This document shows, piece by piece, positions 1-10,868 of a stretch of DNA of 64,000 nt (its first letter is position 1; each line of letters opens with the position of its first letter). Position numbers and translations under genes: made by a program. Source of the stretch: an uncultured Rhodospirillales bacterium (lineage in GTDB: Bacteria; Pseudomonadota; Alphaproteobacteria; Rhodospirillales; Casp-alpha2); NCBI GenBank assembly GCA_965603075.1, contig CBFDBO010000008.1, forward strand, positions 9,098-73,097. The letters are read 5' to 3'. A model generated the notes under the pieces. That model saw only the letters and a list, made by a program, of their open reading frames with translations. It was not told the origin of the DNA and did no database searches.

Positions 1-96
1 ATAAAATCTATTTTAAACAGTCACCCGCAGCGATGCGGGTTTCTGCCTAAAAGAGATAACAAACGTAAACAGATCGTTAATCAAAGGACTAATACT

Positions 97-627
97 ATGA
101 AACTCAATGAGCTTCGCGATAATTCCGGCGCCCGCAAGGAGCGCAAGCGAGTCGGACGCGGCATGGCCTCAGGTACCGGTAAAACTTCCGGTTCAGGTCA
201 AAAAGGCCAGCGTTCGCGTAGCGGTGTATCTCTCGTCGGTTTTGAAGGGGGTCAGATGCCTCTGTACCGTCGTCTTCCTAAACGAGGATTCACAAACCCG
301 TTCACCAAGGATATTTCTGTTGTAAACTTAGGCGATATTCAAAAAGCCGTTGACGACAAGAAACTTGATGGCAAAAAAGCAATTACAGAAGCCGTTTTGA
401 TTGAAGCCGCTATGGTTCGTAAATCAAAAGACGGTGTAAAGCTTCTAGCCAAGGGTGACGTTTCAGCCAAACTTTCAATCGAAGTAAGCCTTGCCTCTAA
501 AGCTGCTATTGCAGCGGTAGAAAAAGCTGGTGGTTCCGTGGTTCTTCCAGAGCCAGTCGTGAAACCCGTCGGTAAAGGTCACAAACACGAACGTGAAAGA
601 GCCGCTAAAGAAGCAGCCGCTAAATAA
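97..627 (+). CDS. rplO: 50S ribosomal protein L15 (uL15)
   Basis: 176-aa ORF with a Gly/Lys/Arg-rich N-terminus (RKRVGRG..GKTSG.GQKGQ). It sits directly upstream of secY, as in spc operons. Confidence 0.95.
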   Translation: MKLNELRDNSGARKERKRVGRGMASGTGKTSGSGQKGQRSRSGVSLVGFEGGQMPLYRRLPKRGFTNPFTKDISVVNLGDIQKAVDDKKLDGKKAITEAVLIEAAMVRKSKDGVKLLAKGDVSAKLSIEVSLASKAAIAAVEKAGGSVVLPEPVVKPVGKGHKHERERAAKEAAAK

Positions 628-666
628 AAATAACGTTTTGATCCGCCCGATTGATAGGAAGACAAC

Positions 667-2007
667 ATGGCATCTACAGCCGAACAATTAGCAGCAGGAA
701 TGAGCTTTGCAGCGCTTGGTAAAGCGACAGAGCTTAAACAACGTATCTGGTTCACTCTGGGTGCGTTGATTGTGTATCGTCTTGGTACCTATATTCCTTT
801 ACCTGGTATTGACCCGGCTGTTCTTGCTTCTGTGTTCGCACAGCAACAAGGCGGTATCATTGGCATGTTTGATATGTTCTCTGGTGGTGCATTGTCTCGT
901 ATGACAATCTTTGCGCTTAATATTATGCCTTATATTACGTCTTCTATTATTATGCAGTTAATGACAGCGGTGAACCCAACGCTCGAAGCATTGAAGAAAG
1001 AAGGCGAAAGTGGTCGTAAACGTATCAATCAATACACCCGTTACCTGACCGTTATTATCTGTGCATTCCAAGCATATGGTATCGCTATTGGTTTGGAAGG
1101 TATGACATCTGGTGGCATTACGGCGGTTGCTGACCCTGGAATGTTCTTCCGTTTCACGGTTGTTATCACATTGGTTGGTGGAACGTTGTTCCTGATGTGG
1201 CTGGGTGAGCAAATTACAGCCCGTGGTGTCGGAAACGGTATATCGTTGATCATTTTCGCTGGTATTGTTGCTAACTTACCAAGTGCATTGGCATCGACTT
1301 TGGAGCTAGGACGTACAGGCGCTATTTCAACCGTTTTGATTATCGCATTGTTGGTAATGGCCGTTGGCGTAATTTTCACCATCGTCTTGTTTGAGCGCGC
1401 TCAACGCCGTGTCATTGTTCAATACCCTAAACGTCAACAGGGTAAAAACATGACAGGGGGCGAAAACTCTCACATTCCCTTAAAGCTTAATACCGCTGGC
1501 GTTATCCCACCGATTTTTGCGAGCTCTATTTTGTTAATGCCGACAACGCTGATCGCTTTTTCTGCGGGCAGTGGACCAGATTGGATGAATACCGTTGCGG
1601 CCTATCTTGGCCGAGGGCAGCCTCTTTATCTGACTATTTACTTAAGTCTTATTGTATTTTTTGCCTTTTTCTACACAGCGATTGTTTTCAATCCTGCGGA
1701 TACTGCTGATAACTTGCGAAAGAATGGCGGTTTTGTACCGGGTATTCGTCCCGGTAAAAATACCGCTAAACACCTCGATACAATTTTGTCACGGTTGACT
1801 GTTATTGGTGCGGCTTACTTAGCAGCGATCTGTCTGTTACCAGAATTGCTTATGTCACAATACGCTGTTCCGTTTTATTTTGGTGGTACCAGTTTGCTGA
1901 TTGTGGTGACGGTAACAATTGATACCATGTCTCAGGTTCAATCTCACCTGATTGCTCATCAATATGAAGGTTTGATCAAAAAATCAAAATTGAAGGGGCG
2001 TCGTTAA
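667..2007 (+). CDS. secY: preprotein translocase subunit SecY
   Basis: 446-aa polytopic ORF with conserved SecY stretches (IMPYITSSIIMQL, GEQITARGVGNGISLII) in the spc-operon position. Confidence 0.97.
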   Translation: MASTAEQLAAGMSFAALGKATELKQRIWFTLGALIVYRLGTYIPLPGIDPAVLASVFAQQQGGIIGMFDMFSGGALSRMTIFALNIMPYITSSIIMQLMTAVNPTLEALKKEGESGRKRINQYTRYLTVIICAFQAYGIAIGLEGMTSGGITAVADPGMFFRFTVVITLVGGTLFLMWLGEQITARGVGNGISLIIFAGIVANLPSALASTLELGRTGAISTVLIIALLVMAVGVIFTIVLFERAQRRVIVQYPKRQQGKNMTGGENSHIPLKLNTAGVIPPIFASSILLMPTTLIAFSAGSGPDWMNTVAAYLGRGQPLYLTIYLSLIVFFAFFYTAIVFNPADTADNLRKNGGFVPGIRPGKNTAKHLDTILSRLTVIGAAYLAAICLLPELLMSQYAVPFYFGGTSLLIVVTVTIDTMSQVQSHLIAHQYEGLIKKSKLKGRR

Positions 2008-2651
2008 TGAATTTGATTTTATTAGGACCTCCCGGTGCAGGAAAAGGCACACAAGCCAAACGCCTAGAAAATGATTTTAATATTGTACAACTTTCTACAG
2101 GCGATATGTTACGTGCTGAAGGGTTTTCTGGTTCTGCAAATGGTCTAAAAGCTAAAGAATTAATGGACGCTGGTCGTTTGGTTCCAGACGATATCATGAT
2201 TGGCATGATATCTTCTCGGATTGATCAGGAAGATTGTAAGAATGGCTTCATTCTTGATGGTTTTCCGCGCACCGCGCCACAAGCCGAAGCCCTAGATTCG
2301 ATGTTAAACGATAAGGGTATTAAAATTAATGATGTTATCGCGTTTGAAGTTGACGCCGATGCCATGGTTGAACGTGTAACGGGCCGTTATACATGCTCAA
2401 ACTGTGGTGTAGGTTATCATGATACTTTTCAACTACCAAAGACCGATGGTATCTGCGACAAGTGCGGTGGGACTGATTTTTCCCGACGCGCGGATGATAA
2501 TGAAGACACGGTTCGCAACCGTTTAACGGCCTATGATAATCAAACTGCTCCGGTCATTAATTACTATGATAAAGCCGGCGTATTAAAAAGAGTTGACGGC
2601 ATGGCAGAAATAGATCACGTATCTGCCAGCCTTAAGGAATTAATTAGCTGA
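2007..2651 (+). CDS. adk: adenylate kinase (long form with a Cys4 lid)
   Basis: P-loop GPPGAGKGTQ and a lid with CSNC...CDKC. The start overlaps the secY stop (TAATG). Confidence 0.95.
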   Translation: MNLILLGPPGAGKGTQAKRLENDFNIVQLSTGDMLRAEGFSGSANGLKAKELMDAGRLVPDDIMIGMISSRIDQEDCKNGFILDGFPRTAPQAEALDSMLNDKGIKINDVIAFEVDADAMVERVTGRYTCSNCGVGYHDTFQLPKTDGICDKCGGTDFSRRADDNEDTVRNRLTAYDNQTAPVINYYDKAGVLKRVDGMAEIDHVSASLKELIS

Positions 2652-2672
2652 ATATAGGGGAACAAGGTGCGG

Positions 2673-2700
2673 TTGACTTGGCATGGTAATTGCCTATAAT
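2673..2700 (+). promoter_or_regulatory. near-consensus sigma70-type promoter upstream of rpsM-rpsK-rpoA-rplQ
   Basis: TTGACT (2673-2678), a 16-nt spacer, then TATAAT (2695-2700), about 64 nt upstream of the rpsM start. Confidence 0.55.
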
Positions 2701-2763
2701 CCGCCTCCCAAACTTCTATGTACAGTTTTATTGTTATATACCAAAGACTAAGGAGAAAATGCT

Positions 2764-3132
2764 TTGGCGCGTATTGCTGGTGTTAACATCCCAACCGGGA
2801 AAAGGGTCGTCATTGCGCTGACCTATATTCACGGAATCGGGAATACTAAGTCTCGTGAAATCTGTAATGAAGTTGGGATTCCTGCCGAAATGCGGGTAAA
2901 TCAACTGACCGACGATCAGGTTGTGCGAATTCGTGAAACAATTGATAGTAGTCATCAAGTTGAAGGTGATCTGCGTCGCGAAATTTCCATGAACATCAAA
3001 CGTTTGATGGATCTTGGTTGCTACCGCGGACTACGTCATCGTCGTGGACTTCCTGTTCGCGGCCAACGTACACATACAAATGCTCGCACACGCAAAGGCC
3101 CCGCAAAGTCTATTGCTGGCAAGAAGAAATAA
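2764..3132 (+). CDS. rpsM: 30S ribosomal protein S13
   Basis: 122 aa starting [13 protein letters not shown] start with AGGAG 8 nt upstream, and a basic C-terminus. Confidence 0.95.
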   Translation: MARIAGVNIPTGKRVVIALTYIHGIGNTKSREICNEVGIPAEMRVNQLTDDQVVRIRETIDSSHQVEGDLRREISMNIKRLMDLGCYRGLRHRRGLPVRGQRTHTNARTRKGPAKSIAGKKK

Positions 3133-3148
3133 GGAATAGGTACCGCTC

Positions 3149-3538
3149 ATGGCGAAACCAACTCAAAGAACAAAAAAACGTGAACGCAAGAATATTGCTT
3201 CAGGTACAGCGCATATAAACGCTACGTTTAATAACACCATGATTACAATCACTGACGCACAGGGTAATACAATTGCTTGGGCATCAGCAGGTAGTCAGGG
3301 TTTTAAAGGCTCCCGCAAATCAACACCTTATGCTGCGCAAGTAGCGGGTGATGATGTGGCTGCAAAAGCACAAGACCACGGCATGAAAACTCTTGAAGTT
3401 GAAGTTAAGGGTCCTGGTTCAGGACGTGAGTCTGCTCTTCGTGCATTGCAAGCTGCTGGATTTACGATTACATCCATTCGCGATGTAACACCAATCCCGC
3501 ATAACGGATGTCGCCCGCGTAAACGTCGTCGGGTTTAG
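3149..3538 (+). CDS. rpsK: 30S ribosomal protein S11
   Basis: 129 aa with [17 protein letters not shown] and a C-terminal PHNGCRP.KRRRV, as expected for uS11. Confidence 0.95.
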   Translation: MAKPTQRTKKRERKNIASGTAHINATFNNTMITITDAQGNTIAWASAGSQGFKGSRKSTPYAAQVAGDDVAAKAQDHGMKTLEVEVKGPGSGRESALRALQAAGFTITSIRDVTPIPHNGCRPRKRRRV

Positions 3539-3665
3539 TGCTTACTATCTATTTTAGCAGTCTTGATGCCGTTTTTCGCATCTAGACTGTGTGCGTTGAT
3601 TCTAGAGTTAATATAAACTAACTTTCAGAACCTTTTGCAACCGCTGGACATAAGAGGTCATACAC

Positions 3666-4682
3666 GTGATTCAGAATAACTGGCAAGAACTCATCAAACC
3701 CACCAAGCTTGAAGTAGAGCAGGGAAGCGATGTTACCCGCAACGCTTCTATCGTTGTAGAACCCCTAGAGCGCGGCTTCGGCCTGACATTGGGTAACGCA
3801 TTACGGCGTGTCCTTCTGTCTTCCTTACAGGGCGCCGCTGTGACCACCATCCAAATTGATGGCGTGTTACACGAGTTCTCATCCATAGCGGGTGTTCGCG
3901 AAGATGTTACCGACATCGTCCTTAATATTAAAACATTATGGTTACGTATGGACGCAGAAGGTCCTAAACGGATGACCCTTAAAGCTAAAGGTCCTTGCGC
4001 CGTTACCGGTTCAATGATCGATAGTGGTGCCGATATCACCGTTATCAATCCTGATGTTGTTATTTGTCACCTTGATAAAGGTGCTGATTTGAACATGGAA
4101 TTGATCGTTGAATCTGGCAAAGGTTACCGTCCAGCAACACAAACCCGTTCAGAAGACAGCCCTATTGGCATAATCCCCATTGATGCGGCTTTCTCTCCGG
4201 TACGCAAAGTTTCTTATAAAGTTGATAACACCCGTATTGGTCAAGATACAGATTATGACCGTCTGTCGATTGATATCCATACAAACGGTGCGATCTCACC
4301 AGAAGATGCCGTGGCACTGGCTGCTCGTATTATGCAAGACCAGCTTCAGGCCTTCATCAACTTTGAAGATCCAGAAGATCAGTCCAAAGAAGATGCGCGT
4401 GAAGAGTTGCCGTTCAATCGTAACCTGCTTCGTAAGGTTGACGAGCTTGAACTATCTGTTCGTTCAGCAAATTGTTTGAAAAACGATAACATCATCTACA
4501 TTGGTGATCTGGTTCTTAAATCTGAAAGTGATATGCTACGGACACCAAACTTTGGTCGTAAATCACTTAATGAAATTAAAGAAGTACTGTCTCAGATGGG
4601 TCTGCACCTCGGCATGGATATTCCTGCCTGGCCACCAGAAAACATCGAAGACATGGCTAAAAAACTAGAAGAGCCATTCTAA
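3666..4682 (+). CDS. rpoA: DNA-directed RNA polymerase subunit alpha
   Basis: 338 aa with a GTG start. N-terminal assembly domain ([16 protein letters not shown]) and a C-terminal domain ([11 protein letters not shown]). Confidence 0.97.
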   Translation: MIQNNWQELIKPTKLEVEQGSDVTRNASIVVEPLERGFGLTLGNALRRVLLSSLQGAAVTTIQIDGVLHEFSSIAGVREDVTDIVLNIKTLWLRMDAEGPKRMTLKAKGPCAVTGSMIDSGADITVINPDVVICHLDKGADLNMELIVESGKGYRPATQTRSEDSPIGIIPIDAAFSPVRKVSYKVDNTRIGQDTDYDRLSIDIHTNGAISPEDAVALAARIMQDQLQAFINFEDPEDQSKEDAREELPFNRNLLRKVDELELSVRSANCLKNDNIIYIGDLVLKSESDMLRTPNFGRKSLNEIKEVLSQMGLHLGMDIPAWPPENIEDMAKKLEEPF

Positions 4683-4790
4683 AGGCGAATAAACGATAAT
4701 CTAATTAAGGGCGGTCAACGCTCACTTTTAAAACAAACACCGTGTGGGTGAAATGGTACGCACACGATCACAAATGAAGGACCTTAAATT

Positions 4791-5216
4791 ATGCGTCACG
4801 GCAGAGCACTCCGTAAACTAAACCGCACCAGTTCACATCGTAAAGCGATGCTTTCGAATATGGCTGTTGCACTTCTAACGCACGAACAAATCAAAACAAC
4901 ATTACCAAAAGCAAAAGAGCTTCGTCGTGTTGCTGATAAAATGATCACCCTCGGCAAACGTGGTACATTACATGCCCGTCGTCAGGCAGCTTCTTTTCTG
5001 CAGGATGATGCGGCGGTTATCAAATTGTTTGATACACTCGGTGCACGTTATGTTGATCGTCCCGGTGGTTACACCCGTGTTCTTAAAGCCGGCAATCGCT
5101 ACGGTGATAATGCGCCAATGGCCTTTATCGAACTTGTAGAACGTGATGTTGACGCTAAAGGCGCAGCAGATCGCGCCCGGGTTGAAGCTGAAATGGCTAT
5201 GGAAGACGCTGAATAA
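4791..5216 (+). CDS. rplQ: 50S ribosomal protein L17
   Basis: 141 aa starting [21 protein letters not shown]. It is the last gene of the alpha operon. Confidence 0.95.
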   Translation: MRHGRALRKLNRTSSHRKAMLSNMAVALLTHEQIKTTLPKAKELRRVADKMITLGKRGTLHARRQAASFLQDDAAVIKLFDTLGARYVDRPGGYTRVLKAGNRYGDNAPMAFIELVERDVDAKGAADRARVEAEMAMEDAE

Positions 5217-5245
5217 GCTCTTCTAACTCTCAATAATTCTAAAAA

Positions 5246-5277
5246 GCAGTCTTGATCCAGTCGAGGCTGCTTTTTTT
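5246..5277 (+). terminator. rho-independent terminator after rplQ
   Basis: GCAGTCTTGA / TCGAGGCTGC stem (10 bp including two G-U pairs), 5-nt loop, then TTTTTTT. Confidence 0.7.
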
Positions 5278-5345
5278 ATGCTCTTGAAGTTAGCTCTCTA
5301 CCTGATTATTTGTATAATCGCAAAAACACCTATCTGGAGCATGTA

Positions 5346-6779
5346 ATGGTTTGTTTGAGACTTCTTGGGGGATTGGTCATTGGCTCGATTATGTTAATCG
5401 GCCAAATGGTCTATGCTGCCAGTGACGTTCCACAAATCGAAGTTCCACAATCAAAAGAACAGATTACGTTAAGCTTTGCCCCATTGGTCAAAACAGCAGC
5501 GCCCGCCGTTGTTAATATATATACAAAAACAATCGTCAATGAACGACAAGTGATACCATTGTTTAATGACCCTTTCTTTCAACGCTTCTTTGGCGGACAG
5601 TTTGGTCAAAACTTTGGCAATCAACGTGAACGGGTTCAAAACTCTCTTGGCTCCGGTGTTATCATTGATGGCGGCGGAATTATTGTCACAAATAATCATG
5701 TCATAGAAGGGGCCGATAAAATCAGAGTCGTTTTATCAGACAGACGAGAATTTGATGCGACGTTGGTTGGCGTTGATGATCGCACGGATTTAGCCGTTTT
5801 GCGTATTGATACATCAGGTGAAAAATTGCCCTCGATCACAATCAGCGATTCCGATGCATTGCAGGTCGGTGATTTGGTTCTGGCCATTGGAAATCCATTC
5901 GGTGTGGGGCAAACGGTTACCAGTGGCATTGTTTCAGCTTTGGCGAGAACCCAGGTGAACGTTGCCGATGTTAGCTCCTTCATTCAAACGGACGCTGCAA
6001 TTAATCCCGGCAATTCTGGGGGCGCCCTGATTGATATGCGCGGTCAGTTGGTGGGGCTTAACACAGCAATCTTTTCTAAATCGGGCGGGTCCCTTGGTAT
6101 CGGTTTTGCCGTACCGAGTAATATGGTCGAATTTGTCATTACGGGTTTATTAAATCACGGCAAGGTAATCAGACCGTGGTTGGGGGCGTGGGGGCAACCC
6201 GTCACCAGTGATCTGTCGGATGCTTTGGGCCTTAAACGTCCCGTGGGTATTTTAATCAATGAAATATGGTCAGGCTCTGCCGCTGAAGCCTCGGGCATTG
6301 ATGTTGGTGACGTCATTCTGTCCATCAACGAGCGTGATGTTCATGATCCCAAGGAATTGGAATACCGAATTGCCTCTCTTGCTATTGGGGGAACGGCAAA
6401 ATTAAAGGTGTTCCGTGATGGCACCATCACCCCATTATCCTTGCTCTTACAAAAAGCACCGGAACAGCCCGCCAAAAATACAACGCTTCTGGATGACCAA
6501 AGCATTCTATCGGGTGCAACGGTTGCCAATATTTCCCCGGCATTGGTAGAAGAACTCCGTTTAGAAAGCTTGGTGCCCGGTGTCATCATTTTGCAAATCA
6601 ATCAAAACTCGCCCGCGAAACATTACCGTTTTCGTCCCGGAGATCGAATTATTGAACTCAATGGTGCTTTGGTGACATCGGTCTCTCATTTGCTTGATAT
6701 TACAAACATGAAAACCGGGGCGTGGGATATTGCAATTGACCGCAATGGCAAACAATTAAACCTTCGGGTTTCCCAATGA
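5346..6779 (+). CDS. periplasmic serine endoprotease, DegP/DegQ (HtrA) family
   Basis: Trypsin-like triad contexts (TNNHV, DLAVL, GNSGGAL) followed by two PDZ-like regions. The ORF track starts at TTG 5310, but ATG 5346 has GGAG upstream and yields a signal peptide. Confidence 0.88.
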   Translation: MVCLRLLGGLVIGSIMLIGQMVYAASDVPQIEVPQSKEQITLSFAPLVKTAAPAVVNIYTKTIVNERQVIPLFNDPFFQRFFGGQFGQNFGNQRERVQNSLGSGVIIDGGGIIVTNNHVIEGADKIRVVLSDRREFDATLVGVDDRTDLAVLRIDTSGEKLPSITISDSDALQVGDLVLAIGNPFGVGQTVTSGIVSALARTQVNVADVSSFIQTDAAINPGNSGGALIDMRGQLVGLNTAIFSKSGGSLGIGFAVPSNMVEFVITGLLNHGKVIRPWLGAWGQPVTSDLSDALGLKRPVGILINEIWSGSAAEASGIDVGDVILSINERDVHDPKELEYRIASLAIGGTAKLKVFRDGTITPLSLLLQKAPEQPAKNTTLLDDQSILSGATVANISPALVEELRLESLVPGVIILQINQNSPAKHYRFRPGDRIIELNGALVTSVSHLLDITNMKTGAWDIAIDRNGKQLNLRVSQ

Positions 6780-8089
6780 ACACGTTATTTGAATCACAAG
6801 CCCCCAGCCCCCTTGCGGATCGGTTGAGACCGTCTGTGATCGAGGACGTGGTTGGTCAGGATCATTTATTGGGCAAGACCGGCCCCGATGGCGAAGGACC
6901 GCTTCGCCGCATGCTCGCACCGGGTATGTTATCCTCGCTTGTCCTGTGGGGGCCGCCGGGCACGGGTAAGACGACCATTGCTCGCTTGTTGGCTCAGCAC
7001 ACCAATATGGCTTTCGAGCCCATGTCAGCCGTTTTCTCAGGCGTTGCCGATCTAAAGAAAGTTTTCGAACGCGCCAAGGCAAACCGAGAAGCGGGTAGGG
7101 GGACTTTGTTATTTATCGATGAGGTTCACCGGTTTAACCGTGCCCAGCAAGACGGGTTTCTGCCCTACGTTGAGGACGGTACTGTTGTATTGGTCGGGGC
7201 GACCACTGAAAACCCTTCCTTTGAGCTTAATGCGGCTTTGTTATCACGGTGTCAGGTGCTTGTGCTCAATCGATTGGGGGATGACGCCCTGGAGAGTTTG
7301 TTATTAAGGGCTGAGGGCGAAATAGGGCGGGCATTACCTCTGGAAGAAGACGCGCGCACGGCCTTACGGGCCATGGCCGATGGCGATGGGCGGTATTTAT
7401 TAAATCTGGCTGATATTTTGCTTAAATTACCGCAAGACCCGCTGTTGGATGTGGCCGCTCTCACCCGCACGGTTCAAAAGCGCATGCCGCTTTATGATAA
7501 ATCACAAGAAGGTCATTACAATCTGATTAGTGCGCTCCACAAATCACTTCGAGGGTCCGATACAGACGCAGCGCTTTATTGGTACCAACGCATGATTGAT
7601 GGCGGGGAAGACCCGCACTATATTGCCAGACGATTGGTAAGGTTTGCATCCGAAGACATCGGTTTGGCAGACCCTAATGCGTTAACCCAATCCATTGCGG
7701 CGTGGCAGGCTTTGGAACGTCTCGGGCCTCCTGAAGGGCAATTGGCCTTAATTCAGTGCATAATTTATCTCGGTACAGCGCCGAAATCCAATGCAGCATA
7801 CAAAGCCGAAAAAGCCTCAAAACAAGCGGCCAAACAAACGGGTTCATTAAACCCGCCTAAACATATCTTGAACGCGCCAACAAAGATGATGAAAGATATG
7901 GGGTATGGTGAGGGGTACGAGTATGACCATAACACCGCCGAGGGTTTTTCAGGCCAGAATTACTTTCCCGATGGCATGTCCCGGACCCGTTTTTTCCAAC
8001 CTGGCGATAAAGGGTTTGAACGGGAAATAGGAAAACGGCTTGCTTATTGGGACGACTTGCGAGATGACAAGTCCCGCAAGAAGGATTAA
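6776..8089 (+). CDS. rarA: replication-associated recombination protein A (AAA+ ATPase)
   Basis: Walker A GPPGTGKTT, Walker B LFIDEVHRFN, and a C-terminal MgsA-type region (YDKSQEGHYNLISALHKSLRGSD). ATGA overlap with the upstream gene. Confidence 0.9.
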   Translation: MNTLFESQAPSPLADRLRPSVIEDVVGQDHLLGKTGPDGEGPLRRMLAPGMLSSLVLWGPPGTGKTTIARLLAQHTNMAFEPMSAVFSGVADLKKVFERAKANREAGRGTLLFIDEVHRFNRAQQDGFLPYVEDGTVVLVGATTENPSFELNAALLSRCQVLVLNRLGDDALESLLLRAEGEIGRALPLEEDARTALRAMADGDGRYLLNLADILLKLPQDPLLDVAALTRTVQKRMPLYDKSQEGHYNLISALHKSLRGSDTDAALYWYQRMIDGGEDPHYIARRLVRFASEDIGLADPNALTQSIAAWQALERLGPPEGQLALIQCIIYLGTAPKSNAAYKAEKASKQAAKQTGSLNPPKHILNAPTKMMKDMGYGEGYEYDHNTAEGFSGQNYFPDGMSRTRFFQPGDKGFEREIGKRLAYWDDLRDDKSRKKD

Positions 8090-8098
8090 ACAAGCATA

Positions 8099-8497
8099 AT
8101 GCAGAATTATTCTAACATGACCATGATACTGGCGATAGCAGCGGGCGGTGCTATAGGGGCTGTGGCACGTTATTTTGTCATGAGCACCGCTGGACATTTA
8201 ATCGGTCATGGATTTCCTTGGGGAACGGTTATTGTCAACGTCGCGGGTTCCTTTGCTCTGGGTGCATTAATAGAGACCATGGCGCTTGTTTGGTCCCCTT
8301 CGGAGGCCATTCGTGCGCTGTTGATCGTCGGTGTGCTGGGATCGTTTACAACATTTTCGACTTTTTCGCTGGATATTCAAAGCCTCATCACCCGTGGTGA
8401 CTTTGTTCAGGCCGGCAGCTATGTCATTGGGTCCGTAATTGCGGGCGTTGTCGCCCTTCTGGCTGGCATGGCATTATTTCGACTAATTTGGAGCTAA
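8099..8497 (+). CDS. crcB: fluoride channel CrcB/FluC
   Basis: 132 aa, four predicted TM segments, GGAIGAVARY and GSFTTFSTF motifs. Confidence 0.85.
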   Translation: MQNYSNMTMILAIAAGGAIGAVARYFVMSTAGHLIGHGFPWGTVIVNVAGSFALGALIETMALVWSPSEAIRALLIVGVLGSFTTFSTFSLDIQSLITRGDFVQAGSYVIGSVIAGVVALLAGMALFRLIWS

Positions 8498-8506
8498 TAT
8501 AAAATA

Positions 8507-9532
8507 ATGAGTGGTGTTCACCATATTGAAGTATCTTCTGATGAAGAAGGTATGCGCTTGGATCGTTGGTTTCGGTCCCATTTTCCTGATGTCAGTCAAG
8601 GGCAATTACAAAAGCTATTACGCAAGGGTGATATACGTGTGGATGGCGCGCGTGCAAAAGCCAATGTACATGTGGTCGGTGGGCAAAGTGTTCGCATTCC
8701 GCCTCTTAACATGAGTCCAAAAAGCGATAAAGAAAAACAATCCAACAAACCAAAAGTATCAGAGCAAGACCGTAAATACATGAACGATATGGTAATTTAC
8801 CGTGATCATCATGTGATTGTGCTCAACAAACCTTCTGGGCTTGCCGTACAGGGCGGTACAGGGACAAAGGTGCATGTGGACGGCCTGCTGCCCGCTTTAG
8901 TAGAGGAGGGCGCTGAGAAGCCGCGTCTGGTCCACCGCATTGATAAAGATACCAGTGGAATTCTCGTCTTAGCGGCAACGGCAAAAGCCGCCCGTTTATT
9001 AACGGAAGCTTTTAGAGGTAAGGAAGTACGGAAATTATACTGGGCATTGGTTGAAAATGCCCCCCGTCCCGCAAAAGGGAAGGTCGATATGGCCTTATCA
9101 AAAGCGATGACCGAAACCCGGGCCGGTGGACGCGAGCAAATGATCGTCGATGAAGAAGACGGCAAATGGGCCGTTACTCTTTATGAGACTTTGGAAAAGG
9201 CAGGCCAGAAACTTGCTTGGGTCTCACTTTATCCCCAAACAGGGCGTACCCACCAGTTACGTGTTCACATGGCAGAAATCGGCTCCCCAATCATTGGTGA
9301 TGGTAAATATGGCAATCGGGATGCGGCGGAAGATGATGAAGGTCGCCCCTCGGGCTTTGATGTCTTATCAGAGCGTCTGCACTTGCACGCGAGAGGTGTA
9401 AGCATTCCCAACCCCAGTGGGGGTGTTCTTGACATTGTCGCACCGTTGACAGGGCACATGAAAAAAACATGGAAGTCACTTGGCTTTAACGAAAACGAAT
9501 ATCCCGGCGTGCCAAATTGGCCGGAGTTCTAA
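8507..9532 (+). CDS. rluC: 23S rRNA pseudouridine synthase, RluA/RluC family
   Basis: S4-like N-terminus (GMRLDRWF..LRKGDIRVDG) and catalytic-Asp motif HRIDKDTSG. Confidence 0.8.
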   Translation: MSGVHHIEVSSDEEGMRLDRWFRSHFPDVSQGQLQKLLRKGDIRVDGARAKANVHVVGGQSVRIPPLNMSPKSDKEKQSNKPKVSEQDRKYMNDMVIYRDHHVIVLNKPSGLAVQGGTGTKVHVDGLLPALVEEGAEKPRLVHRIDKDTSGILVLAATAKAARLLTEAFRGKEVRKLYWALVENAPRPAKGKVDMALSKAMTETRAGGREQMIVDEEDGKWAVTLYETLEKAGQKLAWVSLYPQTGRTHQLRVHMAEIGSPIIGDGKYGNRDAAEDDEGRPSGFDVLSERLHLHARGVSIPNPSGGVLDIVAPLTGHMKKTWKSLGFNENEYPGVPNWPEF

Positions 9533-9550
9533 AACCTTCTAACGCCCATA

Positions 9551-9590
9551 AAAAAACGCCGGAAGGATTATACCCCTCCGGCGTTTAATT
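9551..9590. terminator. bidirectional hairpin terminator between convergent rluC and the ompA-like gene
   Basis: AACGCCGGAAGG / CCTCCGGCGTT stem with one bulge, an A-run before it and a T-rich run after it. Confidence 0.6.
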
Positions 9591-9605
9591 TTATGTCAGT
9601 AGAAA

Positions 9606-10493
9606 TTAGTTAGAGAGTGTGATTTCTACGCGACGGTTTTTAGCAGACTTTGTTCCGTCAGCACTTCCATCAACTGTACGATCTTCGCCGTAAGCCGTTG
9701 TCAGGATACGAGCGTTAACGCCCAGCAATTGAAGAAGATTATGAACATTCATACTTCTTTTTTCTGCCAGAGCATCATTGTACGCGCTTGCACCAGATGT
9801 ATCGGTGTGACCGGAAAGTACAATGTAGCCGTTTTCGTCTTGGGCAAACTTATGCTTAGCCAAAGTTTTAATAAGGTTCGTTGCTGCACTGTCGATTACG
9901 GCGCTGTTGTAAGCGAAGTAAACCGTGAATGGTCCAGCAGTTTCCATTGCGTCCACTTCCGGAGCGGCAGCGGCAGGGGCCGCTTCAGCCACAGGAGCTG
10001 GAGCAGCGGCAGCCTTTTTGGTTAACGACTTCATCGCGATGTCGAAGTATTTACGGCAATTTGCGATATCATCAGGCTGTGTATCTTCTTCTTGTTCTTG
10101 GAGCCAGCAATCAAACATTGCTTGAGCACGCGCAGCAGCTTGTGGCTTTGTACGACGACCATCAAGTAAAGCTTCCGTTAGGGCAGCGTGCGCCGCTGTA
10201 AGCTCTTCAAGGGCAGCTTCTGGAATATCACGTTCTTCAATTGCTTGGGGACCAGGTAGTTCAAAATCTGCCTGAGCAATGGCCAACGCTTTACCACCGA
10301 AATAATTGGAGTCGTCCCAATCTGATTCGTCGCGTTCTGCGTAAGCTAGATCCATATATTCTTGATGCAAAGCTGAAGCAAAGGGCCAACTTGCAATTTC
10401 TAATTCACCGACTTCTTCTAGTTCTACTGTTCCACAGGCTGCCAATACTGGCAAAATCAAACCTAGGGACAGGAATTTTATGGCTTTTTTCAT
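9606..10493 (-). CDS. OmpA-family lipoprotein (peptidoglycan-binding C-terminal domain)
   Basis: Lipobox LAAC, Ala/Pro-rich linker, and an OmpA_C-like end (GHTDTSGASAYNDALAEKRS...NRRVEI). Confidence 0.8.
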   Translation of the reverse strand: MKKAIKFLSLGLILPVLAACGTVELEEVGELEIASWPFASALHQEYMDLAYAERDESDWDDSNYFGGKALAIAQADFELPGPQAIEERDIPEAALEELTAAHAALTEALLDGRRTKPQAAARAQAMFDCWLQEQEEDTQPDDIANCRKYFDIAMKSLTKKAAAAPAPVAEAAPAAAAPEVDAMETAGPFTVYFAYNSAVIDSAATNLIKTLAKHKFAQDENGYIVLSGHTDTSGASAYNDALAEKRSMNVHNLLQLLGVNARILTTAYGEDRTVDGSADGTKSAKNRRVEITLSN

Positions 10494-10515
10494 TAGTGTT
10501 TTCTCCTGCTGATAA

Positions 10516-10545
10516 GTGTTTTATTGTGTTTTATTGTATTTATTG
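10516..10545. repeat. 10-bp tandem repeat x3 just upstream of the ompA-like RBS
   Basis: GTGTTTTATT GTGTTTTATT GTATTTATTG read directly from the sequence. Confidence 0.8.
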
Positions 10546-10868
10546 GATATTCGCAGACTAAATTGATTAAAGCATTTTTTGATCGTGCATTAGATCTTCT
10601 TTAAAAATGATGATACTGCACCATCTTTTAAGTGTATACCCATTTTCTTTTATGTGTATATCCACTATTTATATGGGGGATAATAAGTTAATTGGTTGCT
10701 CTTAATTATTGTCCCTAAAAAAGTATATTCATCCTATAAAGGACTATAAATCGGTATTTTACAAAATCAAATACAAACTAGATCATTTATCAGTAAAAAA
10801 AATCAATAATTCCGCATAACACGCTTTTTTGTTTCAAATATTTGATTACAATAATATCGCAATAATAA

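Noticed and set aside
23-40. Perfect 7-bp hairpin ACCCGCA-GCGA-TGCGGGT upstream of rplO, considered as a terminator or attenuator.
   Set aside because: It has no U-tract and lies inside the spc operon, where read-through is expected. The window starts too close to judge its context.
8090-8098. Looked for a fluoride riboswitch upstream of crcB.
   Set aside because: Only 9 nt separate crcB from rarA, which leaves no room for the crcB RNA motif.
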